Shown one piece after another: positions 51,049-64,000 of a DNA stretch of 64,000 nt. The DNA lies in assembly GCA_964016885.1 (NCBI GenBank), contig OZ024743.1, positions 243,474,001-243,538,000 on the forward strand, read 5' to 3'. Below the pieces are notes generated by a model. The model made no database searches. It was not told the DNA's origin and was given only the letters and a program-made list of their open reading frames with translations. Origin of the DNA: Eledone cirrhosa (taxonomy: Eukaryota). A program made the position numbers and the translations under genes. The first letter of the stretch is position 1, and each line of letters opens with the position of its first letter.

Positions 51049-53254
51049 AAGGAAACGAACTCATCGATCATATTTTCTATGGCTTGTAAACTGAATTTCT
51101 TACAAAAGGGAAGCAATATGTTATTTTTTACCCATGTTTCAATGGCTGTCCTTTCTATTGTGTAGAGTTTACATCTGGTTGTGATGCCCCAAATTTTCTG
51201 GTGCAGTTTACACACATTTATTATTCAAGTGCAAAAGCAACCACCCTATAACTGTTGACATTGTATGTTCTACGTGTTGGTGATACTATTTTGGTTTTAG
51301 CAATATTTATCACAATGCTTTAACTCATTGGAGTTATTCAACAATAACGATTAAAAACTGAGTAGTGAGTTGGTAAATGAAGGTGCTGATGGTTGTAGTG
51401 TGTTGATTCCTACAGCTAGTGTTGGTAAGTGAAGGGGGTCATATAGCTATATACTAACTTACTCTACAAATATATAATCCTGTTCCCATGGTATATAAAC
51501 AGCCATTTTTTTTTTAAATCAATTTTGGGGGCCTTTTTGTTTTAATAGGTTTCACTTCCATAATCTGTGTTTTTATATTTACGATATTTAAAATCAATGT
51601 ATGAACAATATATATACATATATATACTTTAAAATTCCTTGTTTGAATTTTCAAATTATGTTGATGCTATGAATTAGAGTTTATTTGTTCAGATTTCAGC
51701 ATTTTCATTATAAAGGCTTGTTACACACTAAAGCAAAATTTATGTAGCATGTTAGTATTTTCAGTGAGAAATGTAAATTTTTATAGCCAGGGAAGAGTAA
51801 GGTCCAATTGGAAAATATTTTGTGAATTCCTTCGTTAATAACTAAGTCTTTAACTCTAAACATCCTGTACCACACAAAACTATATTAGCTAGGCATTCTT
51901 GAAAGTACAAAACTGCACTATAACTGCATCACATTAAAAATTATATTCATTACTTTAACACTGCAAAATTTCCACAAAAATCTGTCCACTAATAAAGATA
52001 TAAACATTTGAATTAACAAACCTGTTTTAGATGTTTTACTAAATCATTACAAGATATTAAGAAATAATACTGCAAATTTTCACAAGTCTGTCCACTAGTA
52101 AAGATACAGTAAACTTGAATTGACAAACCTGTTTTTAGATATTTTCTCCTGAATCATTACAGGATGTTAAGAGTTAAATAGGAAATGGAGAGTAAGAGCT
52201 ACCCAAAATAGGGTTATTTCTATATAAAACTGTTTACTTTTACATGATTATTAGCAGAGAAAAGGGTCTTTTCTATAGTAAAGAATAATTTACAAATATT
52301 CTCTTCATAACTACACAAGTTAAAAGCCTTTGGGGGTAGGATAGGGTGGTGTGGTGGCAGTATCTGATTGGAAGCACCCAATCTAATTTACCTAAAACCC
52401 ATCTGGCTCAGAGTACTTTTATTGCTAGGTTTAACTTTCTATATGTCTATAATCAATCAGAATAAAATCAATAGTTTTTATTATTTATCACTAAAAAATG
52501 AAAGTGTATACATGTTTTCTCTTATCTGATTAAACTGGTGCAAAATATAAATAATGTTTGTCATATATTAAATTGAAATAGAACATATAAACATAGTGTA
52601 AACTATGTGCAAGCATAATTGTGTGGTTAAAATGTCCACTTCACTATAATTTAGTTTCAAGTTTAGTCCCAATGCATGTCACCTTGAACAGTGTGTCTTC
52701 GAAAAGGAATTTAAGTACATAGAAAGTAGTGCCCCAACATGACCACAGTCTAATGACTGAAACCTGACAAAGGATATAAGAACCTTTTAGTTATGTTACA
52801 AATGCAATCTTAATGAAATAATTATTTTTAATAAAATCCCTCTAAATTCTTCATGAATTGATTCTAATGCTGAATATTTTATTATTAATGTGGTAACAAA
52901 AGTGTTAATGGGTCTTTAATCTCCAGTGAAATCTTCACCTTCAACATCTTACTTATAATATGCCAAGGGCAAAAGAAGGTTAACCTAGTGGAGTTTCTCT
53001 ATCAACTGTTGCTGAACATGACTGTTATGAGAAGTGTAGGCAATCGTCTACCCTGCAAGAAATAGCAACCAAATCGTCCTCAAATCACACTTTATTGTTA
53101 AAAAAGAATAGTAAAGACATACTGAATAATATAGCTCTAGATACTCATAATAAAAATAGAATCATCTTGATCACAGTTAACCTGAGGCTAAACAGCTACT
53201 GCAAAGCTTGACTTCTCTAGAATATTGTGTGTGTGTATATATATTATTATATAT

Positions 53255-53810
53255 ATGTGCTCTCAGCTGTGGTCACCCCACAGTGTCAAACTAACTGCAG
53301 AACTTGAAGCAATCCAACGAAGCTACACGAAGAGGAGTTACTGGGAGAAGCTGAAAGAACTAAAGCTTTACTTCCAGGAGCAAAGACAAGAGAGATACAC
53401 AGTCATATACATATGGAAGATCCTGGAAGAATAAGTCCCAAACTTTGGCATTGAAGGCAAGACCAGCCCATGAACAGAATGCCACTGTGTAGTGCCAAAG
53501 GTCCTAGCTGTCGCATCATGAATAAGGACCACAAACTACAATAGCCTGAGGTTCAAAGGACCCCTGATTTTTAATAAGCTGCCAAAAAATTCAAGAGATC
53601 TACATGGTGTGCATGTGGATGTTTTCAAGAGACATCTCGACATTCTACTGACCAAGATCCCAGACGAACCCACAGCACAAGGTGAAGCACAAATAAGTGC
53701 GGCAGCAACAAACTCCCTTTTGTATCAATGGCCAACCAAGGAAAGCTGACTGTAGAGAGTAGCATCAATGGTGGTGCCCCAGCATGGCCTCAGCCTATTG
53801 GCTGGAATAT
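53255..53810 (+). mobile_element. CR1/L2-like LINE 3' fragment (second family)
   Basis: CSQLWSPH...LEAIQRSYTKR..YWEKLKELKLY..E.R.ERY..IYIWKIL; 3' GTGCCCCAGCATGGCC end resembles the SINE tail at ~52730. Confidence 0.75.
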
Positions 53811-53824
53811 GTAATACCATAATA

Positions 53825-56380
53825 TAATAATAATAATAATGAAATTATTGTGTACAGTGCTCAGGTGTACTACAACTCATCAAAGGTGCATGTATAGTAC
53901 ATAGAATAATATACAAATGTCAGGGAAGTGAACAGTGTATGAGTCATGAAATACATGTGTGCATGTGTATGGAGGGGGAACATTAGGTGTAGTGTTGGCG
54001 AATCTCAGGAAGCATGGAGGTTTTAAAGGATGCAGTGTCTCGACAGCTAACAACTGATGCAGGGAGTTTGTTCCATGCTTCAGCAACTCTGAGCATGAAA
54101 AAATGTTTCCGAAAGTCATGGGAGCTGTGCTGTTTTCTGACTTTGTGGGCACATGGAAATCAAAAAGGTACTCAGGCTTGTTGTTGGCAAGATGGTTAAT
54201 TATTTTGTGGGTGTTTACCAAGTCAGTTGCCAGACGTTGGAGCTTCAATGTATCCATGCTTAGGTAAGCAAGGCGTTCAGAGTATTCACAGTATTTGGGC
54301 ATTGGAGCTCAGTGCAGTAAGAATTCTAGCCTGCTTTATTCAAGTAATATATATATATATTATATCTTCATCATTATCATATATGTATATGTTGAAATGG
54401 CAAGAGCTCAGCCATCAGGGCTCAACTCATTCTAATATATTTATATATAATGGAGGCACATGGCTTAGTGGTTAGAGCATTGGCCTTGCAATCGAAAGGT
54501 TGTGAGTTCAATTCTCAGACCAGGTGATGTGTTGTTTCCTTGAGCAAGACACTATTTCACATTGCTCCAGTTTACTCAGCTGTAGAAATGAGATGATAGG
54601 GACTGGGGTCCATATCATTCCACTGCAAAGTGGTCGTGGTGGTGCCATGGCAAAAAAGCACCCAGCACTCACTGTAAATGAGGTTGGTGTTAGGAAGGGC
54701 ATCCAACTGTAGAAATCAAGCCAGAATCAGTTCCCGTCCCACCCTTGCAAGCAGGGAAAAAGCGGACATAAAATGAAATGAAATGATAATATATATAATT
54801 AACTAACAAATAGTTTTATCGCTCTACATGGTTATTAGTGTCATTACTGATGAACCTTTAGATGACTCTGATTATGCTATGATCATTGTCAATCTTCTTA
54901 TGGGAAATAACAAAAACTACAACGCTCTCCAAAAAGCTAACTTTGACTTGAATAAAGCAGGCTAGAATTCTTACTGCACTGAACTCCAACGCCCAAATAC
55001 TGTGAATATGTGAATACTACACTTCAGAACATCCTGAATTCATTATGGACGGCATGTGCAGCATCCATACCACGTAAGCACAAAAAACATCCCAAAAGTG
55101 CAGCTTGGGAGACTGCAGCAGTGTGACTAGCCAGGAAAAACTGTGATGCTGACTGGGAATACAGACTACATAGATCAAAGGTTAATAGAAAAAGCGCAAT
55201 AGATCATCTAACCATCTCAAGCAGCTGGCAAAAAAAGGCAGTGCTTGAATTTGAACAGCATATAGCAACCAGCCCTGACAGCAAAGTGTTCTGGAAATAT
55301 GTATGTTCAAAGCAGAGATATAACTCTCCAGTTGGTCCTCTTTGCAGTCCCCACACAGGCCGTATTTCTGACAATCCCAAAGAATGCACAGAACTTAATG
55401 CTTAATGCTATGCAGGCATTTTTACTGTTGAAAATTAAAATGTACCATCTCCACCCCCTCTGACATCAAATTCTATAGCAACTATGGAATTTACACCTGC
55501 AGTACTGTGATGCCACCTTAAGAAAATGCGCAACTATGACTCTCCTGGTCTTGATGGTGTTATGTACCTGCTTCTCGAACATGGTATTTTCTTCTGCACC
55601 AGCTTTCACTCTTATTTCAATTCTGTCTTAACAACAGTGTTACCCCCAGAGCATTGTAAAACTGTCAGTGTCATTCCTCTGTTCAACAAGGGTGATCACA
55701 CGTCGCCTGTCAACTATCGTCCAGTCAATCTTACTAGCTGCATCGCCAAACTGATGGAGTCCTGTCTCAGCGAAACAATCTGGAACTCTCACAGCCTTGT
55801 CCGGCTGAAATTATCCCTAACTCCAGCTGCTGTGATCAACTTATCAAGTTTATTGAAGACATTACTCGAATTACTTGATGGCAGCTCATGGGTGGATATT
55901 ATTTATCTTGACTTTGCTAAAGCTTTTAATTCTCTGCCACACAAAAGACTTATGGCAAAATTTTCTGCAATGGGTGTGAGAGATGATCTTCATAACTGGT
56001 TGAAGTCCTTCATTCTCAGTCGAAAAGAGATAGTCACAGTTCTAGGACAGCATTCTTCACCCTATGAGATGACATCTGGTGTATCACAGGGATCTGTTCT
56101 TGGTCCGCTTTTATTTGTTGCATATATTAATGACATAGTTGCCAACATAAAGAATGCCACAGAGCTGAAATACACAGATGACATCAAGCTGAACCTTGAG
56201 ATAAAAAGGACAGATCCTGTATGCTCTAGATTTTTCCTGCAATTAGACATGGACACAATGCAGCAATGGGTTACGGACTGGCAACTGGCTATGGAAAAGT
56301 GTACCACCATGCATTTTGGGAGGAAAAATCCAGTGTTCACATACCCCCTCCACAACACCAATCTCAGAATTCCATCCCTG
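53825..56380. mobile_element. Rearranged CR1/L2-like LINE: 3' end on minus (53825-54290), body on plus (54800-56380)
   Basis: ORF 55526-56392 NYRPVNLTS, YLDFAKAF, SGVSQGSVLGP, YTDD; tail ORF 53880-54302. Confidence 0.85.
54452..54785 (+). mobile_element. Full-length tRNA-headed SINE with RTE-like tail
   Basis: GGAGGCACATGGCTTAGTGGTTAGAG..GAGTTCAATTC head, CCTTGAGCAAGACAC, tail shared with 47940-48100, (AAATG)n end. Confidence 0.88.
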
Positions 56381-56564
56381 CAACTGTTCTAGAAGAATAT
56401 TAACTGTGAAAGTCGTGGTCATGACTATCAGATCAAACCCATAAAATAATATTAAAAAATATATAGTAGGTCAGATATTACAATACACACATTGTAAAAT
56501 ATTTACAGAGGCTTCTAAGAAGCAAATTTTAAAAGATAACAAAAATTAGAGCTTTAACAACACA

Positions 56565-56872
56565 TCAGAAATGAAGTGAACATGCTCCGTTGGATGTGTA
56601 ATGATAGTGTGCATGAACAACTGGGCAGGGATGAACTGAAGAAAACTGGATATAGGCGGAATCAGATGTAGTATGCACTGGTATGGACATGTGATGAATA
56701 TGCATGATGAGCGTTAAATGAAGAAGTGCCAGTGGAAGTAAGGGAAGACAGAAAAACCTGAGCAGAGGTGGTTAAAGTTGATCTCAAAATGCTGAAACTA
56801 ACAGTGAAGGAATGGTATGAATGGAGGGAGGTTGTGCTGGAAAAGACCCGTCCAGACATATGATGATGATGA
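56565..56872 (+). mobile_element. Decayed RTE 3' fragment
   Basis: MLRWMC...WYGHV..KT..EVVK.DL remnants, (GAT)n tail. Confidence 0.7.
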
Positions 56873-57775
56873 TAACAGTTAATACGTACAAATACTCAGG
56901 AAGAAAGCTATGGTATATTTGAAGCTACCAATACTAATGAAAAATTCATTAATTATATTCTGTCTTAAATTATGACCTGTGCCTTTTTATAGCTAGAAGG
57001 AACAAGCTTCTGTTTTTTTTATGTCTTTGAAGGAGAGGGGTGTTAGAAACCACAATATTCTAATAGAATAGGTGTTTATGTCACTCAGAATAAAATATCA
57101 CAACATATTTTAAAATATAACATTCTGTAAATCATCATCATCAAATATCCATTTTTTTTTCCATGCTGGCATGGGTAGGAAGAGTTATAACAGACCAAGT
57201 CAGTATTTAATTGAAGCCACTCACCTTTTGAATTTCACTCAAATATACTTCATTTTGCTATGGTTTCTATGTCTGGATGCTCTGCCTAATACCAACAACT
57301 TTACAAAGTGTACTGGGTGCATTTTATCATGACACTAGCACTAGAGAGGTCATTAGGTTCTATGTTGCTGCCCTTCGAATGCCACCCACTTTACAGAGTG
57401 TGAGGAGTGCATTTCGGCAAACATTATGAAAATGTAATACATATAAAAAACAAAAAAAAATATTTTTGTAAAATCTAGCTTAACCCTTTAGCATTTAAAC
57501 AGGCCATATCCGGCCAGAATTTTCTTATCTCTTTTTGTTCAAACCGTCTGTAACCAGCCACTCATACTGATGTTAAGGAATTGTTCTCAAAATAAATAAC
57601 ACCAAAATCTCATAAATTCGATATTATGTGCGATAATTATGTGAAATAAAGCCTTTACCACAAAAATACAATAGTAAATATAGAGTAATGTAAATGCTAA
57701 AGGGTTAAAATTTATTTACAACAAACTTATTAGGAAAAAAGAAGTTGATATTTAGTTAAGCTAGACAGATCATTG

Positions 57776-58200
57776 TCACTCATTCATTCGAATGGTTGGT
57801 TCTGATTTGACGAATTCATCTCTCATTGTCTGGGCTTTCTTCTTATATTTATCTGCTAATTCAGAATTCTGCTCCACACCATCACCACGCCGATACATGA
57901 TGCTAAGATTCACACAAGAATATAGATGTCCAAGTTCGCAACCTTTTAATGCTAATTCAAAAGCTTTTTTCATGTCTTTCTTTAATTCTGTCTGATCTCG
58001 CATATAAATTGCACTCAGATTAAAACATGCAAGAGGGTGATTATTTGAACAACCTTTAGTGAGGTAGGACACAGCATTTGGAATATTGCGATGTTCTTTG
58101 GACAGATTTAAGATTCCTGCCTGGTAACAAGCAGGAATGTACTCATTATCACATCCTTTAATTTCATATTGAATTGCTTCCGCTAAGTCTTTTTCACATC
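57776..58200 (-). CDS. COA7: Cytochrome c oxidase assembly factor 7-like (SEL1 repeats), last coding exon
   Basis: Cys-rich SEL1 repeats: KGC....ACFNLS..Y, KDMKKAF..ALKGCELGH..SCVNLS.MYRRGDGV; acceptor tacAG at 58201-58202; TGA at 57776. Confidence 0.92.
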
Positions 58201-59939
58201 CTGTACAAAAAAAAAAAAAAACAAGAAAAAAAGAAGAATCAGTTATCATCATCATCATCATCATGCGTCTGCCTTCCACATTGGCATGGGTTTGATGGGT
58301 TATCAAGTTCTGAAACTAGACAGAACAGAATGACCTATCTTCTTCATATGTTCCTAGCATTATTACTTTGTATGAACATTTTATATTTTATTTATATTTT
58401 TTCCATATTTCCATATTCTTTTATTCTTTTACTGACTTCAGTAATTGGACTGTGGCTATTCTTGGGCACCACCTTAAAGGATTTAGTCAATTATATCTAC
58501 TCCAAAACTTGTTCTTTTTCATCAAGTCTGGTACACATTTTATTGATTTCTTTTTTTTTGTTGAACCGCTAAATTACAGGACAAACAAACTTGGGCACGT
58601 ATAACAGGCTTCTGCACAGTTTCCACCTACCAAATTTCACTCACAAAGCATTGGTCAACCCAAGGTTATAGTTGAAAACACTTGGCTAAGGTTGTTAAGA
58701 GAAGTGGAATCTTTAACCATACAGGCATGCCTTCACATATATGTATTTCTAAATTTTATAAACAAGCATGCACAAAATGTGTTTACATTCATTTGTTTAT
58801 ATATTGGATACCATTTTTGAATTGTAAGAGCAAGTTAATATGCCTTGCTTAACCCTCTACCATTTACATATTTACTATTGTATTTTCACATAATTATCTC
58901 ACATAATATCGAATCTATAAGATTTTGATATTATTTATTTTGAGAACAAGATCTTAACATCAGTATGAGTAGCCAGTTATAGCTGGTTTGAAAAGAAAGA
59001 GGTGAACGAATTCTGGCTGGATGCAGCCAGTTTAAATGCTAAAGGGTTAAGTTAAGGCTACTAATACAATGAATGTAGCAAGGTTTAAATTCATCTCTAT
59101 AGATCAATGAAATATTTTCATTTTTATCATATCACAAAAGAAAATTAACAAATGGAAAAGAATTTAGTTTTTTTTATCACTTTGTTAATGTCATGACTTA
59201 ATGAACTTAGTTTGATTGCTGTCTCATTTCAAACTTTGTATTTTTAAACATAAAAATATACTCCATTAACCCTTTCATTATCATATTTCTCATAAAAGTT
59301 TACAAATGATTTTGAAAATAATTAAGAATTTGAATGGTTTTAGTAATATAACTAGCTTTCTCTTTTTTTAAGTTGATGGCTGGAACATAATTTAAAGGTT
59401 CTTACAAAAAATTTGATGGAAAATTTTAAATAAATATAAACACTTTAAAACAAGCAATTTTTTTTTTTAATCATAGAATCAAAGGTAGTTTTAGGTGGTT
59501 TAAGACTCCCATCTACTCAGGTTTAACTGGCCTCCTATGAGGTTGCATCTCAGTGTTTTAATGATAGGGGCTCCAATTATATAATGTCCCCATTTTTCTA
59601 GTGACAGGAGGTGGGATTTGAACTCAGAACAAATACAGTGAGGCACCCCACTCCAATACTCTTAAGAATTCTACTGGACCAGTACTTTAGTTATTGAATA
59701 CCAAAAGGAGGCAAAGCTGACCTCAAAACAATTTGTACTCAAAACACAGAGAGCCAAAACAAATACCACAAGACATTTAATCCAACAATCTAATGACTCT
59801 ACTATTTTGCCACCTTCATCTAGTTGAGCTAAAAGATGCCAGCTCATGCATTTTAGAAATATTGACGTCATAAATAAACAAACAAATGGCTATAGTTAAT
59901 GAAATGAAAGACACAAAGAAACAAATAAGGATTACCTAC

Positions 59940-60080
59940 CTTGTCCCATAGTTTTGTAATTTCCATATTTATAACAACTGTGACCATAATGGTAGTCATC
60001 ACAGGTTGATTTGTACATTTTTGCTGCCCGTTCATATTCTTTTTTCACAGATTCAAAATAATCAGCTAGTCTGTGACAAC
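59940..60080 (-). CDS. COA7: COA7-like penultimate exon (GCHRLADYFESVKKEYERAAKMYKSTCDDYHYGHSCYKYGNYKTMGQ-G)
   Basis: 141 nt, phase 1/1, tttcAG and GTAGGT boundaries; in frame with the last exon. Confidence 0.92.
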
Positions 60081-61075
60081 CTGAAATAAAGCAACCAGTT
60101 GCTATAAATTGTAATATCACTTTGATATCTGCAATGTACAAGGTGTTTTACACACATAAAACAATTCATCCATGAATGGATAATAAAACATAATACTCAG
60201 GTGTAAGCATGGCTGCATGGTTAAGTTTGCTTTGCAACCACATGGTTTTAAGTTCTATTCCACTGTGTAGCCACTTGAATAAGTATCTTCAACTAATGCT
60301 TTATGAAAGAAATTGGTAGATGGAAACTGGTATGTGTGTGTGTATATATATTTGTGTGTGTGTGTGTAAAGACGATACAAATAGAATGAAGGAAATAAGA
60401 TAAAAGAAGACATGGTAGATAAAATATATTCACAAAAATGTAAAATAATGTGAACTATGAAAATATTTACATCAAAAGGAAAGGAAAGGATCTGACGTTT
60501 TAAGTTAAACCCTTTATTAAAGTAGAGTAAAAGGAGTAAAAAAAAGTGTTAGAATGATGAGTCAGAAATACACTCACACATATATACATGTGTGTGTGTG
60601 TCACTTCTCTTTGTATTTGATATTTCAGACAGTGATATTTGTTTATGTTCCATATGAAGAAATCCTACTGTTCAACAGTTAGACAAAGATCTGTATCTTA
60701 AAAAAGCAAGTGAGAGTTGGTGTAGGAAGGGCTTCTGGCAGAAGAATTCTAACTCTAAAAGTCTTATCCAATCTATGCCAGCATTGAAAAATGGACATAA
60801 AACTGATTGGAATGAACAACAATGCTACAACTGCTAAGGTCAGAAAGGACTTTCACTCTAACAAACTGAATATTCAAATGTAGTGGGCCAAGAAATTTAA
60901 ATTAATTAAAATGTATATAGACAAGAAACTATGATTATCACATTGACTAACTCTGTAGACATACTTAATATGGCTTCAGATCACATATATCTAGTCTCAC
61001 ATTCCATTTCATATTTCAATTGTTACTTTTTACCTGAAGAGTGGATGATACAGGCTTCTATCAAAAGAGACTAAT

Positions 61076-61250
61076 TTAACCCTTTTGATGTCATATTTCT
61101 AAAAGACACTGTCTATGTCTTTAACCCTTTTGTTACCACATTTCTAATAAAAGACGGTGCATGTCTTTAACTGCTTTGTTACCTTATTTCTAATTAAAGA
61201 CTGTCTATGTCTTCAACCCTTTTGTTACTATATTTCTAATGAAAGACACT
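61076..61250. repeat. ~45-bp unit x4, amplified terminus of a TTAA-type MITE
   Basis: TTAACCCTTTTGTTAC.ATATTTCTAAT.AAAGAC repeats; body resembles 59266-59500. Confidence 0.7.
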
Positions 61251-62084
61251 GCCCATGATTTTCAAATCATATTGGAAATAATCAAGAATTTAGAGGAATT
61301 TAGTAATATAACTAACTATCTCGTTATTAAGCTGGTGTTTGAAACATATCTTAACAAAGGCCACATAAAATTATGTTGGAAGGTTTTTAGATAAATATGA
61401 CCACTTTAAAATAAACAGCTTTGCATTGTAGAACCAGGAGCAGGTTCAAACAGGTTAGTGTGAAAAATGTTAAAGTAAGTTTATATCCAAACCATAGCAC
61501 CTAGAGACGAAACTGATGCTGCAACTATTTCAAAGTCTTTTGCGAGTAATAATTTCTAGGATGCTGTTAGTATAAGCTATGTGAATTGAAACAAACAGCA
61601 AGCATGATCTGTGTGTCTTATAGGGTCACTTTAATAGCTTCGTTTCTGGAGGCTAGTGTTTCTTACAAAGCAATAATTATTGATTGATCCAAACATAAAC
61701 ATATTCAGAGAAAGATTACAATGTCTTTGCATTTGTTGATTTATTGCTGTAACAGTCTCTATACGATTTTTACTAAAAGAAATTATTAAATTTAATTGAC
61801 TGCATTTCTGCAGTCAAATAGCTCATTTTAAATTCCTTCATAATGATAGCGATGAATGCTGGCCTAATTTATTTTTAGTTTTCCAATGTAACAGGATAAT
61901 GCTTAACGTGCTAGAAAAAGGAGCCAAGTATTTCTTAGACTGCACTTTATTGTCTTAATTGTGTAAGGGTGCACTGGTAGGAAACTATGGCTGGATACCA
62001 GCAGAAACATTGGCTGAACTTCTGTAATCTGGCAATCACTGCCCTGACGATCATTGCTCTAACAAGCACTGCTTTGACAATCAC

Positions 62085-63345
62085 ATAATAATAATGAAAT
62101 TATTGTGTAAAGTGCTCAGGTGCACTACAACTCGTCAAAGGTGCATGTATAGTACATAGAATAATATACAAATGTCAGGGAAGTGAATAGTGTATGAGTC
62201 ATGATATACATGTGTGTATGTGTATGGAGGGGGAACATTAGGTGTAGTGTTGGCGAATCTCAAGAAGCATGGAGGTTTTAAAGGATGCAGTGTCTCGACA
62301 GCTAACAACTGATGCAGGTAGTTTGTTCCATGCTTCAGCAACTCTGAGCGTGAAAAAATGTTTCCGAAAGTCATGGGAACTGTACTGTTTTCTGACTTTG
62401 TGGGCATGCCCACGTGTGTTAGACACATGGAAATCAAAAAGGTACTCAGGGTTGTTGTTGGCAAGATGGTTAATAATCTTGTGGGTGTTTACCAAGTCAG
62501 TTGCCAGGCGTTGGAGCTTCAATGTATCCATGCCCAGAGAAGCAAGGCGTTCAGAGTATGGTAGATGCCTGATGGAGGGTATTCGCTTGGTTGCACGTCT
62601 CTGAACAGTTTCCAGGCGGTCAATGTTCTGAGCAAGATAGGGGTTCCAGATTGGTGATGCAAATTCTAAGTGGTGTGGCCGCACCATAGCCATGTACAGC
62701 CTTAAATAGATATCTGGAGAGTGGCTGACAAAGGTCTTGCTGAGTGATGCTAAGACACCCTCGGCCCTCTTGACAATTTTAGAAACGTGCTTTGTCCAAC
62801 ACAAATCGCTGCTGATCGTGATGCCCAGGTCACATTCACAAGAAGACTTCTTGATATTAGTGCTGTGGAAGGAGTATGTAGACGCTGGGTTTTTACTTCC
62901 AAAATGCATGGCGGTGCACTTGTCCACAACTAGCTTTAGTTACCAGTCTGAGATCCATTGTTGCATTGTGTCCAGGTCAGACTGCAAGCAAGATCTATAG
63001 TGTTCAGGATCTGTCCTTTTTATCTCAAGGTACAGCTTGATGTCATCTGCGTACTTTAGTACTATGGCAATCTTTAAGTTGGCATCTATGTCATTAATAT
63101 ATGCCACAAACAAAAGGGGGCCAAGAACAGATCCCTGTGGTACACCAGATGACATCTCATATGGTGAGGAATGCTGTCCCAGAACCGTGACTACCTCTCT
63201 TCGACTGAGAATGAAGGACTTCAACCAGTTAAAAAGATCATCCTTCACACCAATTGCAGAGAGTTTTGCTATAAGCCTTTTGTGTGGCACAGAATTGAAA
63301 GCTTTTGCAAAGTCAAGGTAAACAACATCCACCCATGAGCCGCCA
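62085..63345 (-). mobile_element. CR1/L2-like LINE, 5'-truncated RT to (ATT)n tail
   Basis: YLDFAKAFN, SGVPQGSVLGP, YADD, DLGI, WNPY, VQRRATK; in-frame stop at 62940. Confidence 0.92.
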
Positions 63346-64000
63346 ACAATCACTTTTCTAACAATTACTGCTCTGGCAATCACTTCTCTAACAATCACTA
63401 AAGTCCTACAAGTGATTACGTAGAGGCTCCCTTGTTGGTTGTTTTATAATGATGGTTTCTAAAATTCTATAGTTTTATCTTATATCATCTTATATATCCT
63501 ATGTTATACACCTTTTTCTATTGCAACATGAGTTAAAATATTCTTCCTAATGACAAATGATCATATACAAAGTGGAAACGGCGTCTTTTATCAAATTACA
63601 TAGACTAGACTAGGGATATGAAATGATATACCTCCAATCAGAGCTGAGGTGTGGGTATTTAACACCCTAGACTAGCTCTATAATGTATACCCCATTCTCC
63701 CAAATAAAATAATTTCAACTTACAGTCTAGTAAGATTACGAACCTAGTTTCAGACACTTATCAATGACCAAAGGGACTTCTGTTTGGTTGCTCGCCCTGC
63801 TAAGAACAATAACCAAGTCTTCCTTAGACCTACACTCTAGTGCAGGGGTGTGCAACATATTCCATTGGCGAGCATTGAACATTGGAACAACTATTAGGGC
63901 CATTAATATTTATTAAGTACTATTCCAAAGATTCACCAGAACTTCTTTCCATAACATGGAACTGGGAAATTATAACACAGATAACCCTATTAGTGAAGCC

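Noticed and set aside
60490-60527. Possible ancient hammerhead relic on the minus strand (also 21165-21200)
   Set aside because: Too many core substitutions to support.
60081-64000. COA7 first exon
   Set aside because: No matching coding segment recognised; probably beyond the window end.

Overview
Repeat-rich animal genomic DNA; the SINE/LINE repertoire and (TA)n/(ATG)n microsatellites suggest a cephalopod such as octopus, which is an inference. Two convergent intron-containing genes were reconstructed by hand. The first is a complete 6-coding-exon UMP-CMP kinase (CMPK1-like, + strand, 20461-51048, 192 aa). The second is the last two coding exons of a SEL1-repeat COA7-like gene (- strand; exon 1 not found in the window). 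The rest is satellites (23, 46 and 32 bp units) and retroelements: two near-identical young RTE-clade LINEs with a PHD-like finger inside the RT, an older near full-length RTE, a CRE-like element, CR1/L2-like fragments, tRNA-headed SINEs, TTAA-flanked MITEs and three Penelope-like (GIY-YIG) remnants. Most notable are several hammerhead-ribozyme motifs (one with an intact core and an unusually long stem II) beside (TA)n-inserted Penelope-like ends. Also notable is a small (TA)n-flanked element family with a tRNA-like cloverleaf, a Pol III terminator and Penelope-style inverted plus tandem architecture. Most short ORFs in the supplied track are spurious.
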